Shown one piece after another: positions 36,901 to 51,188 of a stretch of DNA of 64,000 nucleotides. The notes below the pieces were generated by a model, which had not been told where the DNA came from, did no database searches, and saw only the letters and a list, made by a program, of their open reading frames with translations. The position numbers and the translations under genes are program-made. The number at the start of each line of letters is the position of its first letter. Within the stretch, counting starts at the first letter, position 1. Origin of the DNA: Auanema rhodensis (Eukaryota > Animalia > Nematoda); contig OZ059900.1 of NCBI GenBank assembly GCA_964057225.1, positions 6,014,001 through 6,078,000 of the forward strand, given 5' to 3'.

Positions 36901-39900
36901 ACCGTTTTGGGCAGATATGAGAATGATGCCTAACAGTACGAATGAATATACATATAGCGTTAGTGAGAAAACATCTAAGATTTACATTAGTACATGAAAA
37001 ATGTTTAGAAAAATATATTTTTTCATTATATTTCAAATAGCAATTCTGCTTTCCTTTTCACAAAATAATTATAATATGTTAAAGTATTAGGCCTGTATAT
37101 AAAAATATCTATACATATAGTATATATATATATATACTATATACTATAAACTATATATTATACTATATCATTATATCAGTATAATTCAACTTTTCTTATT
37201 ATTATAAGTTAAAGACATATCTATAACTATATCTATATATATCTATATATATAATTAGATGAAAATATGTGAGAAGAAATGCACAGAAGCACCTATCATG
37301 CACATAATCAAGTACTTTTTGCAGAAACACTACTGTACATTTTGAGTAACAAATTAAAAATGCAGACAGTGTTAAACAACCTTTCTAACTGATATATGAG
37401 AATCAATTGTACATATATAATCTAAACTATAATGACATTTTGAATATTTAACAACAGATACAATTGTAAATTGTAATTATCAATGAATGTCAAATAGCGT
37501 TTTGAGCACCTGTGACAGCTGAAGTTTGGTGTACAAGAGAGCAAGAGCAGATTTCATCACATATTCTGCTTTTTTTTTCTCTGCACATTGAACCTATTGA
37601 CTTCAAGACATTTTTTTTCTATTTGTTTCAGTACATTATGTTCAAATGTCCAAAATACAATATGACAATCTAATAAAGATAAAGCATTATTGTATGAGTC
37701 GAAACATATTTGAAATGAGAAATGAAAAACATTTCTTGAATTAAAATTGAGAATGGCATGAATATGTAGCAGACAAAACAAATGACATTCACAAAAAAAA
37801 ACATAGCGTTTGGTCCAATCTGCTTCAGCTTCTCGAGTACATGGGATCGAATAGAAAATACTATGCATTTGTGAAATCACCAACTCTATATAATTGGAGA
37901 GCACTAGAAAATGAAGAGCACTGCGAATTCGATAGGGATAGAGAGAATTGCTATAATTAAGCGTAAAACGGAAAAAAACAAGTAGGTAAGCCACAATTAT
38001 CATTCAAATAGATCAACTTTTCGAACATTATAGTTATATTATACTGCATTTTCTGCAAATAATTCATATAATAAAAAAAAGTTACTCAGAGAACGTTGCG
38101 ATAATTGCATTTATTAGTGTTGAGGAATAACTAATTTTTCTCTACTTCATAGTCAGTATAAGGTGAAGAGGAATATAGATCACATTATAAATCTTCAATG
38201 ACCTTTTTCGCATTTTTACATTATACTGAAATATATGGCTTTTTTTTTTATAAAGAACACATCTATATAATTTTATTTTGATATTCTCTTGGAGCATTGT
38301 CAAAAGCTATGTTAATGAATGCAGGGCAATCAAATGAGTACAAGCATGGGAATACTCTTTAAATAGCTCGAGAAGTCTGCATACCAATTTATACTTTTAT
38401 AACATTTCTGACGAGAAAAAAAGTAGAATAGAATGTTTACGTATATGAGGTCAAATAGGTTAGGCTTCTTGCAACAATCTTACAACTACTGCCTGTTTAC
38501 ACCATACATCTCGAACAATGTTCATTCGAGATTTTATGAGATATAAATCTAATATTCGTGAAAATAGATAGACTTGACGTATTTCATGCAAGTATTGCTC
38601 AAGTTATTAGACAAACAATGAAAAATTAGTAAAATGGAATAATTAGCTGGCTAGATGTCGAATTGAAATTCTACTTGCATGCATCAGCTTTGTTTCAGTT
38701 CTTCTTAGATTTTTTTCACGGAATTATATGTAATAATAAAATAATGAACAAATACTGAGCTCAATATAATATTAAAACAAAATATGAGCAACATGTTTAT
38801 ATGTATATATACGTAAATGTATTGTTCGAAAGCGCGAACAAGAGTATTTGTAGTTAATCCTTTTCAATTATGCCACATTCTTAATAAGAAGAAAAGTTTC
38901 AAACTTGCATGCTTGGTGTAGCAGAAAACTGATTCAAAACCAGCCACTGACATATGGTAACAGATCAAACATAGAAACTTTCAAGACGGATGAATCGGTG
39001 TCGACAATTTCGTGTCCGGTGTCGTATTAAACACAAAATGCGCAACCAGCTGAAATGAATAAATTTGCCCTCTTAACAATGCAAATGGTATTATGTATTC
39101 AAATCAAAAATTAGCTAGAATATTTGAAGAGAAACAACTAGTTGAAGTCGTCTCTCTCTTTTTCTCAGGAAATTACGAAACAAATAAAAAAGTAAATATA
39201 TAATATTTCAGTGAAAAAAAAAGTATATCAAGTATTAAGATGGCATGACATGAAATGGTGTACAAATAGTACATTGATGTAAAATTACTATACATATACG
39301 TTTCTTAACTAAAAACAAAAGATGAAAAAATGTTATTTTCGTTAATTTAGCGAATATTAGAAAACGATAGATAAGCCAAAATCAAGAAAAGAAACTAATG
39401 TGATGAAGAAGAATGGGAATAGACTTGAATTTTATGGAAATAAAAAAAGAAAAAAAAGATTAACGGAAAGAAAATAATGAGAAAATAGTGAAAAAAAGGT
39501 TAAAAGTACTAGGAAATCAACAAAAATAATTAGAAACTAGGAAGAATTCATTATTTCCAATCAACGAAAAATACAAAATAATAGGATGATGAATAGTTTA
39601 AAAACTTTTGCAAAAATGCCTAATAGCCTCGAGGCGACATTTTCTGAAATTTTGAGTAGGCAAGGTATACTTCATCTAAGCCACAAAATATACTAATTAG
39701 TTTTGTGAGAAATTCTCGATTTTTCCCTTTTCCGGACATTTTTTCGTCTTTTCCTCTTTCTCAACTTTTTTCCTCTATTTCTCACATTGATCAAAAATTT
39801 TTGACAACTCGATTTTAGTTTTTCAACAATCCACTACAAATTTCTTATAGGTCTGGCGTCAAGAGAGAATCATCAAATTAGAACAGCAACAGTCTTCAAT

Positions 39901-42900
39901 ATCGTTTCTTTATTGAAATAATTATAAACTAACTTTCTTGCTAAAATTGAAACAATATTAAGAGTAGCAGCTGTTTCAAAATGTCAGAAGTGACTTATGC
40001 TAAATGGGCCGGGTGATTATATGGCTCAAAAGCAGGCATAGGAGAAAAAAATTTACTTTTTTTGCTATATGTATGTGCCGACATCTAGAAGTGAGTGGGT
40101 ATTAGTATTCAAGAAAAAGGAAGAAGGGCAATGAGACGACTCAAATAACCCTGAGGGGGGTGGCCTGGCGATGACGACAGTGGATTGTCTGGCGGAAGAC
40201 AAGATGAACAGACAGAGACGAGGTGAAAGAGAAATCGAGAGCATAGATCACAAACACAAATGAATACAATGTGAGAACTAGTGCAAACTGAAGAAGATGA
40301 GGACGACTAAAGCAACAGTTTGAAGATATACGAGGACGATACGCGTTAATGATGTGCATAGTATTGCTGCTGATTAGAAAACAGAATAAAACTATATAGG
40401 GAATAGCAAGACAAGCAGACGTTTGAATACAAATTACGATTAAATATCATATAATATATCTAGAACCATATAACTATAACTGTCTTCAGTTATTAAACAT
40501 CAAGAAGAAGAATAAAGCAATGATTAGATAAGAGAAATGTCTGGTTTAACCCGACACTAGACATTTGGATTGCCACTCCTGTAGGTAAGCAGACACAGAC
40601 AAATGGTCAGGCAGGTTTTCAAACGAGGGGGGGGGGGAGGGGATAAAGAACAGTATGCGCGAAAGGACTTATTTAGTGTGTCATCTCCATATTTATATTT
40701 CGCTAAAATATAATTTTTCTTCATGCCTCTGATAGTCTCTTAAACTTATTTGACTTGTGTGATTCCGAAAATATGATTATCTATATGATTCATATGATCA
40801 CTAACCATATCTCTTAATATATATAGATTCATATACATATACATATATATATTGAGAGAGAGAGAAATACTCTTTTCATTTGTCTCAATCTTTAGAGATA
40901 GGAAATCTTTTATTTAATTTTTCCTCTTCTTACTCCCATTCTTATACCCATTTCACTTTCACTTTCGTACATCTTTCATAGAACCCTATTTTCAAATCTC
41001 TTTCATGTCCATGATCTCTCTATCAATCAATCTCTTTTCAGCACAGTTCACCCGAAAATCTCAGACTGGCGACCTACCTCTTCTCCTCACGTACTTATTC
41101 GCCTACATTCAGATATTGTCACATCATCTTCATTGCATCTTCTCACATTATGAAACGCATCAAGAAAACGTGAACCGTTGTCTTTGTCGCTGTCGCGGAA
41201 TCCGGATGTCGTATCTGTCTACCTATTGTTTTCCTTATTGTCTTGACCATGTCTGCTATGAATGAGTCTGTGTGCGACATAAGTCTGCAAGTCATGCAGT
41301 AAAGTACGCTGGGAGGCCTAACACATTTGTCTTCAAGATACTATGGGTATTTCAGGATTTGATCTCAGGAAAGTTTTTCCAATATCTCTCAAAGAACACT
41401 ACTACGCTTGCATTTTCATTTTCATCACTCGTAAGTCTATAATTTCTTATTTGAAAATCAAACTCCCTAAAGTTTTACATATGAAATCCATATCAAATTT
41501 CATAACAAATTAGGAAATTAGACAGATTATTAATATTTTGGTACAGAGTCAATAACGTTTCAAGTATGGATGGCAAATAAACACTATGAAAGCAGGAAAT
41601 ACAAAAATGAGAACAATGCAAATTGTAGCATAAATACTATATGACCAATGAGCACAATTTGAAGCATATGAGTAATATGAAAAAATGCTGTTTGATGTTT
41701 GAAAGCATTTATTATATTTCATATACATATCCATATATTTATATCATTCACTATGTATATATAAAATATAAATATATTAGTTAGCCTAGTTTTTTTCATT
41801 TCCAAACTAACAGAACATATATAATATATTAAAATACGCTCTATATGTCAAAAAAAGCTTGTACTTTAGGACATATTGAAAGCAATAATTTCAAAATGAA
41901 AATGTTGAGAGTGGCAAATGACAATATATAGAAGTTTTACAAAGCTAAAAACAGAATGATGACAATGAAATGAATTTACAACTGAAAAAGTATGCTGAGA
42001 TTGAACTTGACAAGTTGAAATAAAAAAAAATAATAAGAGATTTGGAAATTCCATGTTAAAAAAAGAAAAAATGAACTAAGTGATCATGTCATACTTAACA
42101 AAATTACGGAACTAAAATTGTTCTCTCTCTTTCGTCCCCTCTCTCTTCCTTTTTCTCTCTCAATTTCAAAAAAAAAATGAATTCAGAAGATTAGTTGTAT
42201 TGTATGTTGATCGGTAAGACGGAAATCACAAGCTAAAATACTAGAGTCAACAAACAATATTATAAAACATAATTTTGTGTAATGAGGTTAAGTATGATCA
42301 AATTGAAAACTATTAGCTCTATAACAATAATCACATTTTGCAATACTATTGAGAAAAAAATAGAATTGGAACCGTATAAATTATTAAAACATGTGCAAAG
42401 ATAAGAATATGAAAAGAAAATGAGAATGAGAGAAAAAGAAAAAAAGCGAGAGCACAGAACAGAAGAAAAGAGAGACTGAGAGGTAGAGGTGTTTTAAAAT
42501 GTGATGGCGAGAAAATGAAAAAAAAATCATATTACTCAATTATCTGTTGTTTATTTAATATTCTTGTAAAGTAATTACATATGTATAAATTTTTTTTAAT
42601 ATACTAATTCGAAACGATATGATTTTGCGAAAAATACAGGTAAGGCGAGGGGAAACTGAAATAGGATATGTTGAAAATGAAAAATATAATAGACATTGTC
42701 AGAAAAGGCCTTGCAATTAACTTTTTCTTTCTTGTAAAAATTCTTTACATCTCAAACCCACGTCATTTTTCTAATTCTTCTCTCTCTCAAGTATAAATTG
42801 TGAATTGCTAACTCTCCACGCCGTCTTTTTCATTAACATCGCTGAATTTCTGTGATAATCAACAGTTCTTCTAGAATATCTTTCCATTTTCCCTTCTACT

Positions 42901-45900
42901 TTTTAACTTTTTTTTCTTAATTTTCTCTTCTTTTTTTCTTTATCTCATCGACTTAGTACATAAATTTTTTCTACAAATGACTTTTGCTCACAGTGGAATG
43001 GTTTTCAAAAATGAAACTACAAAAATCATGCATTAAATCAAATTATTTCAACAATAAAATTGCATCATTTTACAAATGATCGTAATCAAAGGAATCAAGT
43101 TTAAAAGTGTCTCTAGTGAAGATGACCTTTATTTTTCAATAATAAGTGAAAAAAAAAAACAATTCAAGACATTCATTTTAGAAAATTTATATTTCAAACT
43201 CTCGAATGAATTATAAACCTTGGAATAATATTATTTTTGTTATTGATGGCAAAAATGGTTCCAAATAAAGATGGAATAGTACTGCACAGAGAAACTGTCA
43301 AACAAAAAGAGAATACGCATTGAAAGCAGGTGAAGGTGAAAGTAATCATAAAAATTTTGAAAGGTTGCCAGAAAAACTAAATCAAATCACTGTATTAGAC
43401 GAATTGAACAAGATACGTTAGCTGTGTATTCACACTTGAAAGTATATTAGTATATGCATTCATGTGTAATTTTGTAGCATTGAATATAATTATATGAGGG
43501 AATAAAAGCAAAATCAGTAAAAGGTGACGTCAAGCGTATGAGAATATGCAAAATGGCAAATTATGAGAAAACAAAAAATGTTGATAATCAATTAAATGAA
43601 TCAGCATCCAGTTATCCGATAAAAACACAATTATTAGTTATTAAAGACGTTTTTGATAGGAATTGAAAAATAATGATAGAAATAAATGATCGCAATTGGT
43701 GCATTTTGTCACACTTTTCTCTGCTAGAAATCAGGAAAATAATAATGAAAACTGATTAAAAAACAAAATGGAAACAACAGCAAAAAATATGATAAAACTG
43801 ATATAATAAGATTGAACAGTTTAATGGTCACTGATCAAAGAGCAAAACGTGTTTTTTTGCGCTCCTATACTCAGATCGCACACCTAAATGGTATGAAATT
43901 TATTGAAGTTTTCCTAAGAATGCATGTTCAAACATCAGAATCATTGCAACCAGCAAAGGTTAAGATTCTTCACGACAATTCTGTGAACTAATGAATTATA
44001 AGTTGATTCATAAAATAGTCTTGAATTAATAGGTCGATCTGATTTGGAAAATTTACAATGTTACAATTCAAGGTTCTTCTTGAAATGCAAGTAGTTCGTT
44101 CATATTTTACAATCAGTTACGGTTTCAATCATGAAGGGAGCTTATACGTTTTGTATTTATACAAGTATTACAACATATTCTTTCTTCATTTGCTGTGTGT
44201 CAAGTTGATAAGCTAGCTGGTCAGTTATTGGAACATATATGTGTAAATATGAGAAAAATGTCAAAAGACAATTGGTTAACAATGTGATTATAATGATCAC
44301 ATGAATAAATAAAAGGAAATGAAAGAAAAAGCTAATAATATAGGTGGCATACGAAGAAAATGCTAAGTCCTATGATTTATTGCCATTAACCGTGAAATAC
44401 TACTTTCGGTCTTTTCTGCCATTGATATGATTGTCAGAGGTTGTAAAAAGACATTTGCAAAAAAAAAACTAATACAGTGTGCGTATATTCTCCTTCTATC
44501 TTTTTTTCAGTTTGTCAGTCTAAAGTGACAAATGATGGATTAAAAGCAAGAGAATAGTAGTCTAATGGTGAAAACTTTTTAAGAAAATTCAAAATAAATC
44601 GTGTACTTAAACGAAAATTAGTGAATACCGACAGCTATATGTGTAAGGATTGTCAAATAAAAAAAGAACGAGATTAAAGATTCTAAAGTTTTCAACAAAC
44701 CATGAACAACACATTAAGTTTTGAAATTAATGAAGCGAGAGTGAAGATATCTAAGAGATGTTAAGGGTTGGGATGCAAAGTGATTACAGCAACAATACCA
44801 TCAATGATCACTATTTTCAAATAGAAACAAAACAAACTAATTAACGAATACATTACAAGTTTTTTTCAATATTTAAAATAGATCAAAAAGAACTATTTAC
44901 ACTTTTCATATACTCTTGTTAAAAAAAATTTGAAAAATTAGTCAAAATAGAATAGTGCCGGTTTTAATTTTTTTTCTGCTGTCTGAAAAAGTGTTCTTTC
45001 AGTCCATTTTTCATTACAATCGTTTCCGACTATCTGTCTTTCATACCTATTTCTTAAAGCAAGTGTTTTTTTCTCGTACCCTACTGACATTTTCATTAAG
45101 TATCTAAGCAAAGGTTTATATATCGTTCTTGCTCTAAGGTCTAGACTGTTTTACAATAACAGTTCTGTTCAATTTTTTTTCTTTCGTTTCATAGTGAAAA
45201 ATCGATAAATAAGGATAGCAAACGATACGATATATATAATAGTTAGCCATTTAACAGCATAAGCTCAAAGCGGAACAACTGGATGGGGGTGTTAGAAGAT
45301 TTCATATAGAGTTTTCAATGAGCAAAGATCACCGATGAATAATGGGCAGGGTCAGGATGTAACGAATGGTGGCTATGCTGATAACAAAAGATAAATGAAT
45401 ACGAGCAAAGCATCAATGATGCAAAGTTGTAGGAGGAAGAAATGTGAAAGATGAATAACTTGTCAATGATCAAAAGCACTATCTTTAAATAACTACGAAA
45501 TTCATTCAAAAAATTGATGCGAATTCATAAAATAAATCAAAAACGTGTACAACAATAAAAAAAACTATTTCATATATTTAGAATGAGTATAAATTGTGTA
45601 CAAATGTACAATATGAGATTATTGATTTTTTTGAAACAAAAAAATTAAGGAAATATCAGTCATGTGAACAAAATTCACTAGCAAAATAGTGAAGAGATAA
45701 TATGAAATGGAGCTGTTTTAATAATAACTATAGTGAGCAGTCATTTTGCAAAAGAAAAACCTCAACAGAAGACGCAACACATGATAATATGACGAAAGTT
45801 GAGATGTAGGCTCGACATCATTGCAGTATCAGTGTACTCAAAATGAGAAAAAAAATTAATTTGGAAGATTGTTAATCAAAAGTATTAATGAATTTATTTT

Positions 45901-48234
45901 AAACTTTGATTATATTCAGGAATATTGATAGAATATAAGTGTTAATTGAGCAAAAACTTTGTTTGGCGCCAAAAAATGAAAATATTATGTTGCATTAAGA
46001 AGGCAAAGAAAATATTTAGAATTTTATATTTTTTTAACAAAGAAAATGTTTTTCATTACTTCTTATGAAAGGTAAATGAAGTAATATTATATGTAACAAA
46101 ACAAAAGACAAAATATAGTTTTCTTAGTTCACATGCTAACCTGATTACTGATACAAGCTTCTTCATAGATAGCTTCTTTTTCAATTCCGCTACTAAGCGT
46201 ATCTCCCATATCAATTCAAATTTTTTCCCGTGTGAAATTCAATCATCAAAGTTCCATTTCATATATTTTGAGAGCTACATGATTGCTGATCTCTTTTGTT
46301 TCAAAGAAAAAAACACTGATGATTTCATCTAAATGAGAATATTGCAATGAAAAACAAATTTTAAAGGCTCAAAAGCAAGATGAGCAAGTGGCAAGAAGAA
46401 CAAGAATAGCGAAGATGAAAGATTGATATTGATATCTCATAGATATGCAAGATTATTAATACTAATTTAGAGATTAAGCTAGAACTAAAGATCAGATGAA
46501 TAGGTATTGCCCCAAATGAGAGAAACAACATTAATGAAAGAAGATAAAAGCAGACGTTCCTCAATTAGATCACTCATTCATCACTTATCTCTTATGTTTT
46601 AATATAAAAACCAATAAACACATAACTTACTTTGCCATTGATGTGAGATATGATTCTTGATCAGTGGAACTTGCAGTTCTTTTGATATATACTAGCACTA
46701 CTAATGTCAGAGTCGGCAGACTGCCCTCTGTCGGTCATACAGCCTTAAGAATGTATTGCAAATGAACAGCAGAGATATTTCTCTCATTTGCTTCATTAAT
46801 TTGATAGCAGTAAGATCACTTAAACTTTGCATTCAGCTGTGAGAATAATCAAACACCTTTTCCTTTAACTAAGAATAGCCAAGTAATATAATTAAACTGA
46901 AATTCCGTCTAATTGTTCTTAGACATGTTCTCAAAGTAATGCGGAAATAAAACATTTTTCAATTGATTTTAACTTTAAATTTCTGCTGAATAAGCTTATC
47001 AAGTCTTATTTTACAATATAAAAGTTCAAAAACGAGTATTGTGCACGTGTAAGTTTTGAAATTACACCGGAAGAGATTAGTGGCCTTCAGAGCACATGGT
47101 CCTATCATCTTAAATCGAAAAATGTATTTTTAGATCCACCCTCAAACAACTACAGAAACTTGAATCAAATGAAACAATATATAACTTGGAATTCAAAATT
47201 GACATAGAGCTGAAAAAGCTTTTGAATGAGAATATTATTTATTTGACGTTATTATAATCATTTTTCTTAAACTATTACCGCTATAAGTGACAAAATTCAC
47301 ATTTGGAAATTAGTTTAGAACTAAACTGTTTTATCATATTATATTATAGCGAAATAGCATCATTGAGAATTACAGAGCAAAGTATCGTTCTAGTGATATA
47401 TCGACACTTTGCAAGAAATGGCAAATAGTCTAGAGTAGAAATGACTATAAAAAGATAAAACTGTTTGGAAAAAAAAGGAAAAAATATATTTATATATATA
47501 AAAAAATATAAATATACTTTTATTCACAACAAAATATACTTGAGTATCATGAAATTTGTGAATTGAAATTAGTCGAGAACGGTTGAGAAAGACACTGTCA
47601 ACAGAAAAATAAATAAATAAATAATAAGATATGATATTTTCAATGAAAAATATATATAAAAAACAAAAATGAAAGTATATATATATATATGAAAATATAA
47701 TAAATAATAAAACATTTGCCTGTATATATTGAGATAAAAAAATTAATCAGCTAAAACATGACGATGAAAATATGATGTTATACATTTGTTTTCCTGAGCA
47801 TACAGTTGAAGCAGTCTGAATTTACTGCACTGAGATACAAATGATCGGCAAGGAAAGAGGAAGAAGAGCCGTTGACAAAAAAGAGAAAAGTGAGAACAGA
47901 CAGATAAATATATTTGAAGAAGCAGAGAAGGGGGCAAGAAAACAAGTTAATTGTATGATAACATAAAAAAAATGAAAAAATTTTAAAAACCAACTGAATG
48001 TTAGAAGAATTGTATTCAAATTAGATTATTGTAGTTTACATAAAAACATGTGGGACTCAGCATTATAACTTGGAGCGTTATGATTACGAATAAATAGAAA
48101 TGGAAATTATTTTGATTGCGGCTGATGTAGCATGCATTGAGAAGAATAATAAGGAAAACTTTGCTTTCTATATGAATAATCTGATAACTGGAACATTGAT
48201 GTGAGTTGTCAGTAAGTGCGAGATATAAACCGCC

Positions 48235-51188
48235 TCAAACATATTTCGAGAAAAATGACATTTCATCTGAAAAGTGAAAAGATGCTGCTTATTTCTTTCT
48301 CGTTGACTGACTGATATAACTAACCGACAAAGCATTCGCATGATACCCGCACATTCAGATTATATTTCTTCCACACTTGACATTCTTTTGTGCCGACATT
48401 TCGTAAAACTGCAAAATTCATATGGCGTTGACGACATTTTCCATGCGCTGAAATAATACACTTGCGATACGCTATGTCATTTTGTAGACTGCAAGACAAT
48501 AATTGGGAAAAACATACGATAATCATAAAAGTATAAGCAGGCCTTATCAGTATCGCATGTAATTTCGTTGATGAAAGGTGGAAAAAAATTGTCCGGAAGA
48601 TGTCGAATTGTCTGCAAACATAAGCTCATTTAGATTGTGAAATATTTTTAAAAATTATTTTCAAATTTATTGATTACATTCTCAATGATATCTTCGATTG
48701 CATCATGATCAGTAATAACTAATCTTGCAAGCTATTTTCTCATTTTTCACGTATAAATCATGAATACACTTGAAATATGATTTCAATTCTAATTGGGCTA
48801 TACCTGGCAGGCTCCGCACAAACGAAGATAGCCGTCTTCTTCACTTCCTCGCTTATCGCAACCAAATGGTACCGAATGCGATTCACCTAAAAAATATAAC
48901 GTGAATAGCAATTTCAATTAGAGATGAAAATATTAAAACACCGCTTTCAATTCAATCGAACAATACACCTACCTATTAAGCGTTGTTTTCCTGAGCCAGT
49001 TTCATGATCTTTAACACGATGTTCATTTGATAATGTAGCATTTACAAGAGCCATCAGTACATTTTCATTATTCATTCGTTTAGTACGTCGTAACGATGGC
49101 GATATTATAGATCGTCGTAATTGTTTACTAAAAAAAACAAACACTTATTGATTTCATTCACTATAATTCAGTGTTTACAGTGATAATTCGCGTAAACGAG
49201 CTCGTACAGATACATCCGTCACGCTACACGTCACATTGAGCTCGGAGAGCAGACGTTTCAATGAGTTTGTATTCTTCTCTACAATTTCTTCTAGTTGACG
49301 GGGATTTGTTGTTTCTTTCTGAATTTTAAAACATTTGTAGTTATTTGTAGTTTTTTTCTATTTATATCATATCATCATATGAATATTCTAATTGACTTCT
49401 GTATTTCAATCTCTTTAATCAAGATGAATATAATTTCGAATTTTTGTTTACCTGATATTGATCATGTATGGCTTTATCGATAAAACGTAGTATTCCTAGA
49501 GCATCCCACGCCATCAAATCAGGATTGTATGTTCCTTTCTGTTTCAATTCAGCAACAAGTTCTGGCTGAGTGTATTTCTGACATTCGTGTGATAATGCCG
49601 AAGTAGCCTGCAATACTAATATTTGAATTTTGAATCATGTGTCAGAGTTTCATGTGTATAACACCAAACATAACATGATTATATCTCAATGTGTTGTCTT
49701 CCAAAAATAATTTCCTGTAGAAGAAGAGTCGTTATCAATATTTGCTTTAGCATCTTACAATTTTTTTTCATAGAAAATCATAATATTCTCTTATTCTATC
49801 AAAAATATTGTAAATGTGAATTATGCAACCAAAAACAGTTGTGGTTATTATCATGAGAACGTTGACATCGAATGTTCTGATAAATAATGCAAATTTGGTC
49901 ACGATCTTTGTGACAACAATGATCACAAACATATTTTCCTTATCATACTATATAATTCTCTTATCTTATCGATCATTTTACTTAAAATCAATTTGGAGCA
50001 TTTTCTATTAAAACGGCTAATAATCAGTTTGTTGGGGCCCAAAACTAAAAAATTAAATGTTAAAATTACATTTTATGTGTTTGTATTATATCAAGTGCGA
50101 AGAGCATGAAAACGTGTTTGAATGAGTTTTTTTGAATCAAAATGCGGAAGTTTTGCGTAAATTATACTTGAAAACATCTTGGTTTTCAGTCTAGATTGCT
50201 ATAAGTCAGAACTGGAAAAACTTATTTTTTAATTAAACTTCAAGTTTGTTCATAAGCTATTGAGTTTGATGTCACGATGGTATGTAAAAATAATCGATAC
50301 TTACATTAGCGATAACACTAGAACGAAAACGAATTGCCGCTTGAGCATCAGCAACAAATGCTGGTAATCCGGATGCAGTGGATGAAGATACCAATGATTC
50401 TTCATCAGCATTATGACTTATACTTGTTGCCGTAGAAGAAATTGAGGTTGTGCTACTTGGTGGTAAAGTTGTTGCCGCATTCTCCGCAGATATCGGTGGT
50501 GGAGATGTTGTAGAAGAAGGTAAATCGTTTGCTGTAGACGTTGACAGTTTCACTGTAGATGAGGCTGATGTAGATGTCTGGATTACAGACGGTGAAGATG
50601 TAGTTGTTGTGGTTGACGACACCGCAGTTGATGTCACTGTTGGTGATGAAATCAATAAGGGCGTTGTCGTCGTTGTATTTTCATCCTCTGTTGATGAGAA
50701 CGCTAATGTGGTGGACGCATTTTCAACGGCTTGGACTGTCGTTTCATTTGGAATTGAAACATTTGATGATTCTATTGTTTGTAGTGGCAATATTCGCGCG
50801 ATAAATGATGTATTTCTGAAAAAAAAACTCGAAATCAACAACAGATGAATAAATGTTTCAAAATGAATCAGGTATCATGACTAACCGATCTATTTTTTCT
50901 GGTACCAATGATTGTATTGATCTCCTGAGTCTGGTGAGCTTTTTTTCATTTTGAATGCGTTCAAGTTCACTTCGAAGGTATTTTTCATACTTATCAAGTT
51001 CATCATCTGAACATTGCTGAATTTTTAAATAATAATAACAATTAGTAGAGAACTGAGCAACATTCTTCAAAAAGACATTAAAAAATCATACCAGAACTGA
51101 AATGTTGTGTATCAACAGCGCGCTGGGCCTCACAAAATTGAAAAAATAATAGAAATAAGGCAAGTTGTAGTATGATGCCCCGAGACAT
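48235..51188 (-). CDS. Secreted protein: signal peptide, Ser/Thr mucin-like region, C-terminal cystine-knot cytokine-like domain
   Basis: MSRGIILQLALFLLFFQFCEA signal; S/T-rich exon 50304-50815; basic sites RLRR and RRTKR. Spliced C-terminus LCGACQTIRHLPDNFFPPFINEITCDTDKACLYFYDYPHGKCRQRHMNFAVLRNVGTKECQVWKKYNLNVRVSCECFVDEMSFFSKYV*. Confidence 0.82.

Noticed and set aside
40627-40643. Poly-G tract (also poly-C at about 52438-52447), possible G-quadruplex
   Set aside because: Short isolated homopolymers that are common in nematode genomes.
34055-42650. Strong + strand donors (AG|GTAAG near 34060, 40585, 42640) as exons of a hidden gene
   Set aside because: No linked open frames or acceptors could be assembled.
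17548-48019. Dozens of 60-175 aa ORFs in the ORF track
   Set aside because: Phe/Leu/Ser- or Lys/Arg/Glu-rich translations of low-complexity DNA, many with non-ATG starts and no consistent exon structure.
50450-50848. 132-aa Val/Asp-rich + strand ORF
   Set aside because: Antisense shadow of the Ser/Thr-rich exon of the cystine-knot gene.
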